Below are positions 49,993 through 59,240 of a stretch of DNA of 64,000 bases, in pieces. The position numbers were made by a program, and so were the translations under genes. How positions within the stretch are numbered: the first letter of the stretch is position 1; the number at the start of each line of letters is the position of its first letter. The notes under the pieces were generated by a model that was not told the DNA's origin, did no database searches, and saw only the letters and a program-made list of their open reading frames with translations. The DNA lies in NCBI GenBank assembly GCA_947568765.1, contig CANOQA010000003.1:28468-92467 (forward strand), written 5' to 3'. Source of the stretch: an uncultured Lactobacillus sp. GTDB taxonomy: Bacteria; Bacillota; Bacilli; Lactobacillales; Lactobacillaceae.

Positions 49993-50943
49993 ATGTGTAC
50001 TGGTTTAAGATTTACAGATGATCAAGGAAATTTATATTTTGGTCGTAACTTAGACGTAGGTCAAGATTATGGCGAAGGCGTAATTATTACACCTCGTAAC
50101 TATCCCCTTCCTTATAAATTCTTAGATGACACCAAGACTAAAAAAGCAGTTATTGGTATGGGAATTGTGATTGATGGCTATCCATCATATTTCGACTGCT
50201 TTAACGAAGACGGCTTAGGTATTGCAGGTCTGAATTTCCCACATTTTGCAAAATTTAGCGACGGTCCAATTGATGGCAAAGTCAACTTAGCATCTTATGA
50301 AATCATGCTATGGGTTACTCAAAACTTTACCAAAGTTAGCGATGTTAAAGACGCCTTAAAGAATGTTAACTTAGTAAATGAAGCTATTAACTCATCATTT
50401 GCAGTAGCTCCTCTTCACTGGATTATTAGTGATAAAGATGAAGCTATTATAGTTGAAGTTTCAAAGCAATATGGCATGAGAGTTTTTGAAGATAAATTGG
50501 GTGTTTTAACTAATAGTCCAGATTTCAACTGGCACTTAACTAATCTTGGTAACTACACTGGATTAGATCCACATGATGCTAGCGCTCAAAGCTGGAATGG
50601 TCAGAAAGTAGCTCCATGGGGCGTTGGCACTGGTAGTTTAGGTTTACCAGGTGATAGCATCCCAGCCGATCGTTTTGTTAAAGCTGCTTACTTAAATGTC
50701 AACTATCCAACTGTTAAAGGCGAAAAAGCTAATGTTGCTAAGTTCTTTAATATTTTAAAGTCAGTTGCCATGATTAAGGGTAGTGTTGTCAACAATCAAG
50801 GTAGTGATGAATATACTGTCTACTCCGCTTGTTACTCTGCTGCTACTAAGACTTACTACTGCAACTTTGAAAATGATTTTGAGTTAAAGACTTATAAATT
50901 AGACGATGAAACAATGAATGTAGATAAGTTAATTACTTATTAA
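49993..50943 (+). CDS. bsh: Bile salt hydrolase (choloylglycine hydrolase, CbsH-beta type)
   Basis: Ntn-hydrolase Cys2 (MCTG); FGRNLD, NEDGL, LTNSPDF and LPGD..PADRFVK motifs. Confidence 0.96.
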   Translation: MCTGLRFTDDQGNLYFGRNLDVGQDYGEGVIITPRNYPLPYKFLDDTKTKKAVIGMGIVIDGYPSYFDCFNEDGLGIAGLNFPHFAKFSDGPIDGKVNLASYEIMLWVTQNFTKVSDVKDALKNVNLVNEAINSSFAVAPLHWIISDKDEAIIVEVSKQYGMRVFEDKLGVLTNSPDFNWHLTNLGNYTGLDPHDASAQSWNGQKVAPWGVGTGSLGLPGDSIPADRFVKAAYLNVNYPTVKGEKANVAKFFNILKSVAMIKGSVVNNQGSDEYTVYSACYSAATKTYYCNFENDFELKTYKLDDETMNVDKLITY

Positions 50944-51005
50944 TCTAATCAAAAACTGCTATATCTATAAAAAATTCAGAGCAATAAGGCTCTGAATTTT
51001 TTTGT

Positions 51006-51608
51006 TTAGTCATCTTTTTCTGATTTAATAACTTTCTTAGAAATAGCATCAATTTCTACTTCATGCTTACTTGTGCCTGACTCTACAGTAACATCCCAAA
51101 TCGCCTTATCCTTATCCATTTTTAGAGTCCATTCTTTAGCAGTACTATTCTTAACTTCCTTTTCTGCTATTTCACTAGCTTGGTTTCGGGATATTATCTT
51201 ATCCAAGTCAAGTCCCTTTTGCAAGCGTTCATCTAAGTCTAACTTTTTAGAACTAGATTTAACCTCTTTGCCATTAATAGCATTTATTATCATTTCATAT
51301 TCTTTATCTTTATCAAATCCTGTGATTTCATAAATATACTTACTGCCGTCTAGCTTTAAATCTATCTCTTTTAGATCTTTATTACCATATTTTTTATCAA
51401 ACTTATTTATAGCTTCAGTTTGACTAAGCTTAATTTGACTCTTTCTTACTGTATTCTTTGTATCACTTGCTTTATCTTTAGCAGTCTTCTTTACACTCGA
51501 CTGTTTAGTTTTATTCGCTGAGTTATTATCACTACAAGCCACTACCGAGATACCTAATGTACCCATTAAAGCAGTGGCTGCTAGCAGTTTACTTATTTTC
51601 TTCTTCAT
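51006..51608 (-). CDS. PepSY-domain lipoprotein
   Basis: Lipobox VVAC; two PepSY repeats (YEI...INAINGKEV; WDV...IDAISKKV). Confidence 0.87.
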   Translation of the reverse strand: MKKKISKLLAATALMGTLGISVVACSDNNSANKTKQSSVKKTAKDKASDTKNTVRKSQIKLSQTEAINKFDKKYGNKDLKEIDLKLDGSKYIYEITGFDKDKEYEMIINAINGKEVKSSSKKLDLDERLQKGLDLDKIISRNQASEIAEKEVKNSTAKEWTLKMDKDKAIWDVTVESGTSKHEVEIDAISKKVIKSEKDD

Positions 51609-51734
51609 GACTTTCTCCTTAAATTAATAAAACTATATTTACCATTAATTATATAGATAATATGCTATGAAAGCGATTTATATGCTTAAAAAGCTCTGTT
51701 TATTCTTAAAATAGATTAAACAGAGCTTTTTATT

Positions 51735-52649
51735 TTATTCACCTTTAAAACTACCATTTTCAACTTCGCGAATGAAATCAGCTAAGTGCTTGTAATAAAC
51801 ATCTGGATTATCAACCATGTGGTGATGGCCCCCATCAGGTGTAGTAACCAAACGCGAATTTGGAATTTCTTTTTGCATAATTTTAGCAGTAGCAATTGGC
51901 ATTGTTTCATTTTCACCAAAAGTAATTAAAGTTGGAACCTTAATGTTCTTTAGTTGATCTCTAAAATGCCAGTCTTTTAGTTTACCAGTAATAACAAACT
52001 CATTATCACCTTGGAAGACATGATAAACAGCGTTTCCGCCAAGATCCTTTAAGTGATAAAGCTTTGACGGTTGTTTTCTATCAACAAAATTAATATTCAA
52101 AATTTGAACATCATCTTGATAGCGTTGATTGTCGTAGTCATTGTTTTTTTCACACTCATGCATGAAGTCGATTTCTGTTTGAGGAAGTACTTCTTGTCTT
52201 CTTCTATTTACAGAATCCACGTACTCATCAATTTCATCAACCATTGAAGAAATGATTGCGCCCTTTAAGTGCTTGCCGTATTTAACAGCATATTCTTGAA
52301 CGAGTAATCCACCCCAACTTTGACCGATTAGGTAAAAATTATCTAAACCAAGTTTCTCACGAACTTCATCAACTTCATCTAAGAAATATTCATAAGTTAA
52401 GTATTTTTTTGCAATTTCAGGATCAGAATAGTCTGGTTGGTCTGAATAAAGTGATCCTAATTGATCATACATGGTTACTTGAACATTAAGCCCCTGCTTT
52501 TTTAATTGTTCTGCAGTATCTTCCCAATATTCATGATTTCCACCAGGACCACCATGAAGCGCTAATAAGTGGATATCGCCCTCGCCTTGTGTGTTAGTCC
52601 ACAAGTGATAACCATTGTCTAAAGTAATAATTTTAGTACCAGTCTTCAT
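51735..52649 (-). CDS. pepR: Proline-specific peptidase (prolinase PepR)
   Basis: HGGPGG and GQSWGG motifs; N-terminus MKTGTKIITLDNGYHLWT characteristic of lactobacillar PepR. Confidence 0.9.
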   Translation of the reverse strand: MKTGTKIITLDNGYHLWTNTQGEGDIHLLALHGGPGGNHEYWEDTAEQLKKQGLNVQVTMYDQLGSLYSDQPDYSDPEIAKKYLTYEYFLDEVDEVREKLGLDNFYLIGQSWGGLLVQEYAVKYGKHLKGAIISSMVDEIDEYVDSVNRRRQEVLPQTEIDFMHECEKNNDYDNQRYQDDVQILNINFVDRKQPSKLYHLKDLGGNAVYHVFQGDNEFVITGKLKDWHFRDQLKNIKVPTLITFGENETMPIATAKIMQKEIPNSRLVTTPDGGHHHMVDNPDVYYKHLADFIREVENGSFKGE

Positions 52650-52682
52650 AAAACTCTCCTTTTTTAGTTTTTACTTTATATT

Positions 52683-53405
52683 TTATCTTATTTTCTTTTT
52701 AATTCCGATATGAATTGCACCTGCACCTAAATTTAATTTTGTTACTTGTACATTTTTAAAATTATTATTTTCAAGCATAAGCGTTAATTTCGCTGCTGAT
52801 ACAAATTCGGCTGTTGTATTAGATAAATACTGATAGTCTGATACATTAGCTCTTAATAATTTTGCAAAGCTTGGAAACAACTTAAAATAACCTTTCCAAC
52901 CCAATCTAACAATTGGATTAGTCGGTTGGGAAGTTTCTAAAATACCAATTTTTCCATTTGGCTTTAATACACGATTTATTTCTTTTAGAACTTGATTTGC
53001 ATCAGGAACATTACGCAACCCAAAACCAATAGTTACAATATCAAAGCTATTATCATTATAGGGTAAATGCATTGCGTCCCCCTGTTTTAGCTGAATTTCT
53101 TTTTGTAATCCTTGTTCTCTTATTTTTTTATCAGCTAGATCTAGCATTTCTTGATTAAAATCAAGACCAATAACATTTCCAGACGTTCCAACTTTTCTTG
53201 CAAGTGCAATCGTTATATCAGCTGTGCCACAACATAAATCTAAAGCAAAGTCACCAGGTTGTACATTTAATTCTTTTAGAAACTTTCTGCGCCAACCGTT
53301 TTGAGTACCTAAGCTAATAATATTATTCATTTGATCATAATGAGGTGCTACGCGAGTAAACAAATCGTGCACATCTTTTTCAGGAACCTTGTTAGTTAAA
53401 TTCAT
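52683..53405 (-). CDS. menG: Demethylmenaquinone methyltransferase (UbiE/MenG)
   Basis: YDQMNNIISLG, LDLCCGTAD and IGFGLRNV motifs. Confidence 0.88.
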   Translation of the reverse strand: MNLTNKVPEKDVHDLFTRVAPHYDQMNNIISLGTQNGWRRKFLKELNVQPGDFALDLCCGTADITIALARKVGTSGNVIGLDFNQEMLDLADKKIREQGLQKEIQLKQGDAMHLPYNDNSFDIVTIGFGLRNVPDANQVLKEINRVLKPNGKIGILETSQPTNPIVRLGWKGYFKLFPSFAKLLRANVSDYQYLSNTTAEFVSAAKLTLMLENNNFKNVQVTKLNLGAGAIHIGIKKKIR

Positions 53406-53469
53406 TTCTATCACCTAATTTATTATCACAGCAAAAAAGCAATGATTCAAATGAACCATTGCTTAGTCT

Positions 53470-54834
53470 TTATATTTTATTAGTTTTACGGTGCCAAACA
53501 TGAATAAAAATGCTAATAACTAACCCCAAGATTGTTGGAACAACCCAAGATAACCCAATATTAGCAAGCGGCAAATACTGTAAACGAAATTGACTTACTG
53601 CCTTATAAAATTGCGTTCCAGCAATTGGTGCAGGTAAATGAGTAATTAGATCAAAAATAGCTGGCACTAATGTTAAAGCCATTGTTACTTTATACATTAC
53701 TTTGTCACCCTTAAATAATGGTGAAAATAGTGACAAAATAATCAAAACAATAGCTAGAGGATATAAAAACATTAACACAGGCAGTGACCAACTAATAATC
53801 TTATCCAAGCCTAAGTTGGCAGTAGCAAATGATCCAACACAAGAAATTATTAGCCAACCTTTATAACTAAATTTAGGATAATGCGCAGAAAAATCTAATG
53901 CGAAGGCAGACAAAATACCTACTGCTGTAGTTAAACATGCTAAAAATACTAAGACAGCTAATAAAGCCTGACCAAAGACACCAGCATAGTAATTAACAAT
54001 TTTAGATAATAAAATACCACCATCACTAGTTATCTTAAAATGGCCTAGTGACATAGCGCCAACAGCAATTAAGAGAGTATAAATTATCCCAATTCCTATC
54101 ACGGCCATTAATCCCGCTTTAGCAGTTATTTTAGCCACCTTTTTCTCATTATTGCTAACTAATTCTTTGATCGCTGTAACAACCGTTACACCAAAAGCCA
54201 ATCCAGCTAAAGCATCCATTGTATTATAGCCTTCTAAGAAGCCCTTAACTACTGTTCCATGTAAATACTCTTTACTTACAGCTACAGTACTAAGATTGCC
54301 TAAAGGATGGGCAAAAGCCATAACAAATACTAAGAAAAGTAAAATTAAGAAAATAGGGTTTAAAATCTTACCCAAAGAAGAAAGAATATCACTTTCGTTA
54401 TAAGCAATCATGAACACAATAGCGAAAAAGATTGTCGTAAATACAAACAACCCTATACTTTTAAATTGCTTGGGTAATAATGGTGCAATGCCGACAGTAT
54501 AAGAAACTGTCGCATTTCTCGGAGCTGCAAATAAAGGCCCCATTGTTAGTTGTATTAAAGTCATAAAAGAAAGAGCAAAAATCTTCCCTACAGGCAAGGC
54601 AATTTGATAAACTCCATTGCTTCGGGTAATTGCAACAGCCAGTAAGGAAAGTAAAGGCAAAACTACCCCCGTAATTGAAAAGCCAATTGCTGCTGATCCC
54701 CAATTTCTACCAGCAAGCTGGCCTAAATGAAGTGGAAAAATTAAGTTTCCTGCACCAAAAAACAATGCAAAAATCATCGAAGCAACAATTAAATATTGCT
54801 TTTTACTTAATGTTTTTCCCTTTGCTTCTTTCAA
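53470..54834 (-). CDS. brnQ: Branched-chain amino acid carrier BrnQ
   Basis: FALFFGAGNLIFP, GYNTMDALA and LACLTTAVG motifs. Confidence 0.95.
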   Translation of the reverse strand: MKEAKGKTLSKKQYLIVASMIFALFFGAGNLIFPLHLGQLAGRNWGSAAIGFSITGVVLPLLSLLAVAITRSNGVYQIALPVGKIFALSFMTLIQLTMGPLFAAPRNATVSYTVGIAPLLPKQFKSIGLFVFTTIFFAIVFMIAYNESDILSSLGKILNPIFLILLFLVFVMAFAHPLGNLSTVAVSKEYLHGTVVKGFLEGYNTMDALAGLAFGVTVVTAIKELVSNNEKKVAKITAKAGLMAVIGIGIIYTLLIAVGAMSLGHFKITSDGGILLSKIVNYYAGVFGQALLAVLVFLACLTTAVGILSAFALDFSAHYPKFSYKGWLIISCVGSFATANLGLDKIISWSLPVLMFLYPLAIVLIILSLFSPLFKGDKVMYKVTMALTLVPAIFDLITHLPAPIAGTQFYKAVSQFRLQYLPLANIGLSWVVPTILGLVISIFIHVWHRKTNKI

Positions 54835-54923
54835 TTCGATTCCTCCAAAAAATAATTATTTTTAGTATTTTAGCAAAAAAACATTGTAAACTCTAGTGTT
54901 TACAACGTTTTAATCTATCCATA

Positions 54924-56780
54924 CTATTTTTCTAATTCATCATTTGCGCTATTTGCGGCAATTCTACCAAAAGTAAAGATATCAGCAAGCGAATTTCCAC
55001 CTAAACGGTTACCTGCGTGAATTCCGCCGGCTACTTCCCCAGCAGCATATAGACCAGGAATTTGCTGACCATCTTTATCTAAGACATGAGCACCTGTATC
55101 AATCTTCAAACCACCCATAGTATGGTGGATGGCTGGCTTTCTCGGTGTTGCATAGAATGGAGCAACTTCGCATTTTAGATTAAAAGCTGATTTTTCAAAA
55201 TCTGGATCTTTTCCTGCTTCAACATAAGAATTATATTTCTCAATGGTCTCAACTAAAATATCAGGATCCATTCCAACTTGCTTAGCTAAATCTTCTAAAC
55301 TATTCGCTCTAAACAAGGTACCAGCTTTAACTTGCGCATCAATTGATTCTTGAGTTGTGTTATAAGCAGTATCTTTGATCTTGTCATCAGCAATTAAATA
55401 GAACAAACCACCATTATCAATAGCTGCCTTGGTTAAAACATCACGTTCCGCAAACTCATTTACGAAACGCTTGCCCTTTTGATTAACCATAATATAGTTT
55501 TCTGGTGGAGTTTGTAGACCAGTAAATAGCTCACCAGTCTTTGGATCAGAAACGGGCATCATTTGAATAAAGCCCATTCCAACTAAGTCTGCACCTGCTT
55601 CTTTACCAAGCTTAATCCCATCCCCAGTAATTGCAGGAGAATTAGTAGTGGCAATATTATCATCAATATGCTTCCAGTAAGTATTGTATTTTTGAACCAT
55701 TGGCGTATTTGCCCCAAATCCACCAGCGGTTAGAATTACAGCCTCAGCATGAACAGTGATTGTACTGCCGTCTGGTCTTTTAGCAATAACGCCTTTAACT
55801 TGACCATCTTCAATAATTAAGTGATCAGCACGAGTATCAGTCAGAATTCTGCCGCCATGATCCTTTACCCAATCACCTAACACATGAATAAAGGCATAAC
55901 CCATTGGCTCAACTGGCTTGTGACCTCTTCGCCATAAGGCACCTACTGGCATTGTTACTTGACTGCGATCAAATTTTACCCCTAAATCACTTAACCAGTG
56001 CACTGAGTCCAAGGCATTATCGATTAATTCTTTGACTAAAGCGTAGTTACCGTGAATTTCATTTCCATTTAAGTCGGTTCTCTTACCACCTAAATAGGTT
56101 TGAATTTCATGAAGTAATTTTGAATCAAATAGATAGTCTGCACCAGAAGCTACATATTCTTTTATTTGCTTTTGTAATTTTTCAAAGTCTTCTTGATACT
56201 CTGGATCAATCTGTTCAAGTGGAGTTACTGCTAATTCTTCTAAAGTTTCTTTTTCACCGGCTAAAGCTTTAAATTGATTTTGCCAATCTGGTTCTGCCGC
56301 ATTCATTGGGCCACCAGCGCGACTAGTGTTTCCCCCAATTTGCGGGAACTTTTCAAGTACGATGACATCTTTACCATGTTGAATGCTTCTAGCAGCTGCA
56401 GCTAAACCTGCACCACCAGCTCCAACAGCTACAACATCAGTCGTATAAGTTTCATCTTTAGCTCTTTGTTCTTTAGGTTTAGCACGCTTCTTCCACTCAT
56501 CTGGGTCTCCACCGGCTTCACTAATTGCCAGTGCTACTCCGTCAATAACCCCGTGACTAGAAATAGTAGCACCACTAACTGTATCAACATTTAAAGTCTG
56601 ATTTTCAACAATTTCTTCAGGCAAACGTCTAAATACTTCATCAGCTACTCCCTTAGTTTCGCCTTTAGCGTCAACCTTAATATCTTCAATTTTATTTTCC
56701 GAAAGAGTAACTTCCATAGGCATAAAACTTGCGCCATGTCCTTGAGCTTTTACATTATATTTTCCAGCTTTTAAATCCAT
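54924..56780 (-). CDS. Cytoplasmic flavocytochrome-c/fumarate-reductase-family oxidoreductase with FMN-binding domain
   Basis: [10 protein letters not shown] flavinylation motif; GAGGAG, HHTMGG and GNRLGGNSL motifs; QMMP instead of QxHP; no signal peptide. Confidence 0.88.
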   Translation of the reverse strand: MDLKAGKYNVKAQGHGASFMPMEVTLSENKIEDIKVDAKGETKGVADEVFRRLPEEIVENQTLNVDTVSGATISSHGVIDGVALAISEAGGDPDEWKKRAKPKEQRAKDETYTTDVVAVGAGGAGLAAAARSIQHGKDVIVLEKFPQIGGNTSRAGGPMNAAEPDWQNQFKALAGEKETLEELAVTPLEQIDPEYQEDFEKLQKQIKEYVASGADYLFDSKLLHEIQTYLGGKRTDLNGNEIHGNYALVKELIDNALDSVHWLSDLGVKFDRSQVTMPVGALWRRGHKPVEPMGYAFIHVLGDWVKDHGGRILTDTRADHLIIEDGQVKGVIAKRPDGSTITVHAEAVILTAGGFGANTPMVQKYNTYWKHIDDNIATTNSPAITGDGIKLGKEAGADLVGMGFIQMMPVSDPKTGELFTGLQTPPENYIMVNQKGKRFVNEFAERDVLTKAAIDNGGLFYLIADDKIKDTAYNTTQESIDAQVKAGTLFRANSLEDLAKQVGMDPDILVETIEKYNSYVEAGKDPDFEKSAFNLKCEVAPFYATPRKPAIHHTMGGLKIDTGAHVLDKDGQQIPGLYAAGEVAGGIHAGNRLGGNSLADIFTFGRIAANSANDELEK

Positions 56781-57042
56781 AAATGTGCCTCACTATTAAT
56801 TTAATATTTCTAAAATCAAAATAATTAAGCTTTTTATAGCTATCCTGTAAATTCATAATAGTATAAGCTTATTCTTTAAAGCAAATTGTCAAAGCAAACA
56901 AAAGAGCTATGGATACCTCAAATTTACCATAGCTCTTTTGCCTTACACTTCTAAATTGAATACATCTTAAATATAATATTTTTAATAATTTTTTACAAGC
57001 AAAAAGTTTATTTTATTAACATTTTTTAAACCTTCATTTATT

Positions 57043-58479
57043 CTACTTAAACCGATGATGATAATGATATATCACTAACGGTAAAATCGTAACGATAACG
57101 CACAAGCCAATCATAGTCCAAATATAGACTCCTTTTACTGAAGATGGTGTTCCTTGGGCTGGAATAAATGAAATAAAGAATGCAACTACTGTTATTACCA
57201 GGGCAATAATTGCAATTATAATTCCTAAGCCTTTACTCTTTGTCATGTAATAGCTACGCTTTAAGTCTCCATGTTTTACTTTTAAAACTATATAAGAAAC
57301 TAGCATTAAAATGTAAACCATTAGATATTGCGCCGTAGTAGCAGCCAAAGAAACGTTAAAAGCAAAATCTGAATTTTTTCCACTAGTAAAAGTAATTAAG
57401 ACTGCTGAAGCAGTTACGATCAAAGTCTGTAAAACAATCAAGCGCATTGGTACATCACGATTAGTAGATTTTGCAAAGAACTTAGGCATATATCCTTCTT
57501 TAGCAGCCTCAAACATACCCTGACTAGGACCAGCTAACCAATTACCTAATTCCCCAATAATTCCCGCTGCTAACAAAATGCCAATAAATTTCTTAATTAT
57601 GTCTCCTGGTAATCCAATTGAATCTAGAATTTTTCCAAAGGTATAAATAAAACCAGTTGAATTTTGAATCTGATCTTTAGGAACTGACATTCCAATAGCC
57701 ATACTACCAAGCAAATCAAAAGAAATAGCAGTAATTGCTAAAGCGAGCATAACAGTCGAATATTTTTTTGGATTCTCTAAGTATTTTGCATGGGGAGCTG
57801 AGGCTTCACCACCACAAAAAGCCAATACAAACGGAACAAATGCTACTAATGTAGTGCCATTCAAATTATGCGGAATAATATTATTCCACGTTAAATGCAT
57901 ATACAAGGGTCTTCCTTGAAACAAATAAACAAAAAACGCAATAATCAATAAAATTACTGGTAAGGCTATTCCAAGAGCAAAAAGCCACTCTGCAATGTGA
58001 CCGATCCTTTTAACTCCAACCATTTCAACAATCGTAATCGACCAGATAATTATCATCATCAATATAAATCTGACACTGGGCGTGGTATTAAACCAAGGGG
58101 TGTTAAAGGTGATGGACAGTGCACCAATAATTACGTACATCATTGTATTCATACCCACAGTAATATGAATCCATTGATAAAACATTGCTGTCCATCCAGT
58201 TCGATCTCCTAATGAACCTTTAACCCAGGTAAAAATTCCACCCTTATCCCAGCCATCAATTGAGGCCATCTCTCCAGCCATTTGTGTAATTGGTACAAAC
58301 CATATTAAGCCTGCTAATAACAAATAAAATACTGCGGTAGGACCTGTCTTTCCAAATGGAGCTAGTTCATTTACAGAAATAACCATCGATGAAGTCATTG
58401 CAAATAACTTCAATGCTGTTAACCGATTGTACTTCTCATCCTCTTCTAATTTCGTCAAAGTCTCGCTTTTATCAGACAC
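57043..58479 (-). CDS. APC-family amino acid antiporter (GadC-like)
   Basis: EMAS..GW..GGIFTWV, AFCGGEASA and EGYMPK motifs; GTG start behind GGAGG. Confidence 0.85.
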   Translation of the reverse strand: MSDKSETLTKLEEDEKYNRLTALKLFAMTSSMVISVNELAPFGKTGPTAVFYLLLAGLIWFVPITQMAGEMASIDGWDKGGIFTWVKGSLGDRTGWTAMFYQWIHITVGMNTMMYVIIGALSITFNTPWFNTTPSVRFILMMIIIWSITIVEMVGVKRIGHIAEWLFALGIALPVILLIIAFFVYLFQGRPLYMHLTWNNIIPHNLNGTTLVAFVPFVLAFCGGEASAPHAKYLENPKKYSTVMLALAITAISFDLLGSMAIGMSVPKDQIQNSTGFIYTFGKILDSIGLPGDIIKKFIGILLAAGIIGELGNWLAGPSQGMFEAAKEGYMPKFFAKSTNRDVPMRLIVLQTLIVTASAVLITFTSGKNSDFAFNVSLAATTAQYLMVYILMLVSYIVLKVKHGDLKRSYYMTKSKGLGIIIAIIALVITVVAFFISFIPAQGTPSSVKGVYIWTMIGLCVIVTILPLVIYHYHHRFK

Positions 58480-58550
58480 AATTTTTCCTCCGAAAAAGTT
58501 TTTTCGAAATTTAATTATACACTTATTCAAAAAAATTGGTCTATTTTTTT

Positions 58551-59150
58551 ATAGAGTAGAGAAAGATTAACTATTGCTCCTCTCATTGCACCGTACGTAC
58601 GGTTCCGTATACAGCACTACATTTGTAATTCTTTACGAGTTAGATAGTATTTTAGCGGATCAACCAAACCTGGCCGGTCTGCCTTCTTTGTCCTTAATAC
58701 TTTTGGACTAAGTAAAAAGTTAATGACATGCCCTCTACTTCTTTTGTACCAGCCTAATCGGCTATTGGCTACCTTATAAATATCTTCATCACTGAAATCA
58801 CATCTTAGTGCCTTGTTAATTCGCATTAAATTGGTATATATTCTTTTAGGTAGTTTCCATTGTTTAATGATTACTACGCGTACTTTGTGGCGTAGCCATT
58901 GACTGCTTGTTTTCCATGCCTTTCTGGTTTACCGTCTTGGTTTTACGTTTGTCTTTTGGACTTCGACTTGTTATGCAATCTTATCCACCATTTGGACTGA
59001 CCAGATTTCTGTACGTAAGCTCGGAAAACTCGCTAGCCACTTCCTTCACCCATAGCGTCACCGCTAACGACTTGTGGTTCACTACACTTGGCGACAAATA
59101 CCCGTAGTTTGAACTTTCATCAGACTAAATGAATGTCATGCTCGACATAC
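58551..59150 (-). mobile_element. Class IIC group II intron, internally deleted (RT domains lost)
   Basis: 5' GTATGTCGAGCATG directly after a terminator; maturase-X remnant (WLRHKVRVVIIKQWKLPK...ANSRLGWY); short domain V GCTGTATACGGAACCGTACGTACGGTGC; domain VI ending CTACTCTAT. Confidence 0.88.
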
Positions 59151-59193
59151 ATAAAAAAGCACCATTTCTATATGTATATAGAAACAGTGCTTC
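59151..59193 (-). terminator. Rho-independent terminator of the Mub-like gene (intron target)
   Basis: AAGCACTGTTTCTATAT-AC-ATATAGAAATGGTGCTT-TTTT. Confidence 0.85.
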
Positions 59194-59240
59194 AAATTAT
59201 ATTTATATAACAAAAAATATATACTTATTTTGTTATATAA

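Noticed and set aside
57043-58479. Glutamate decarboxylase (gad) acid-resistance system
   Set aside because: Only a GadC-like antiporter is present; no decarboxylase or glutaminase is adjacent, so the substrate cannot be assigned.
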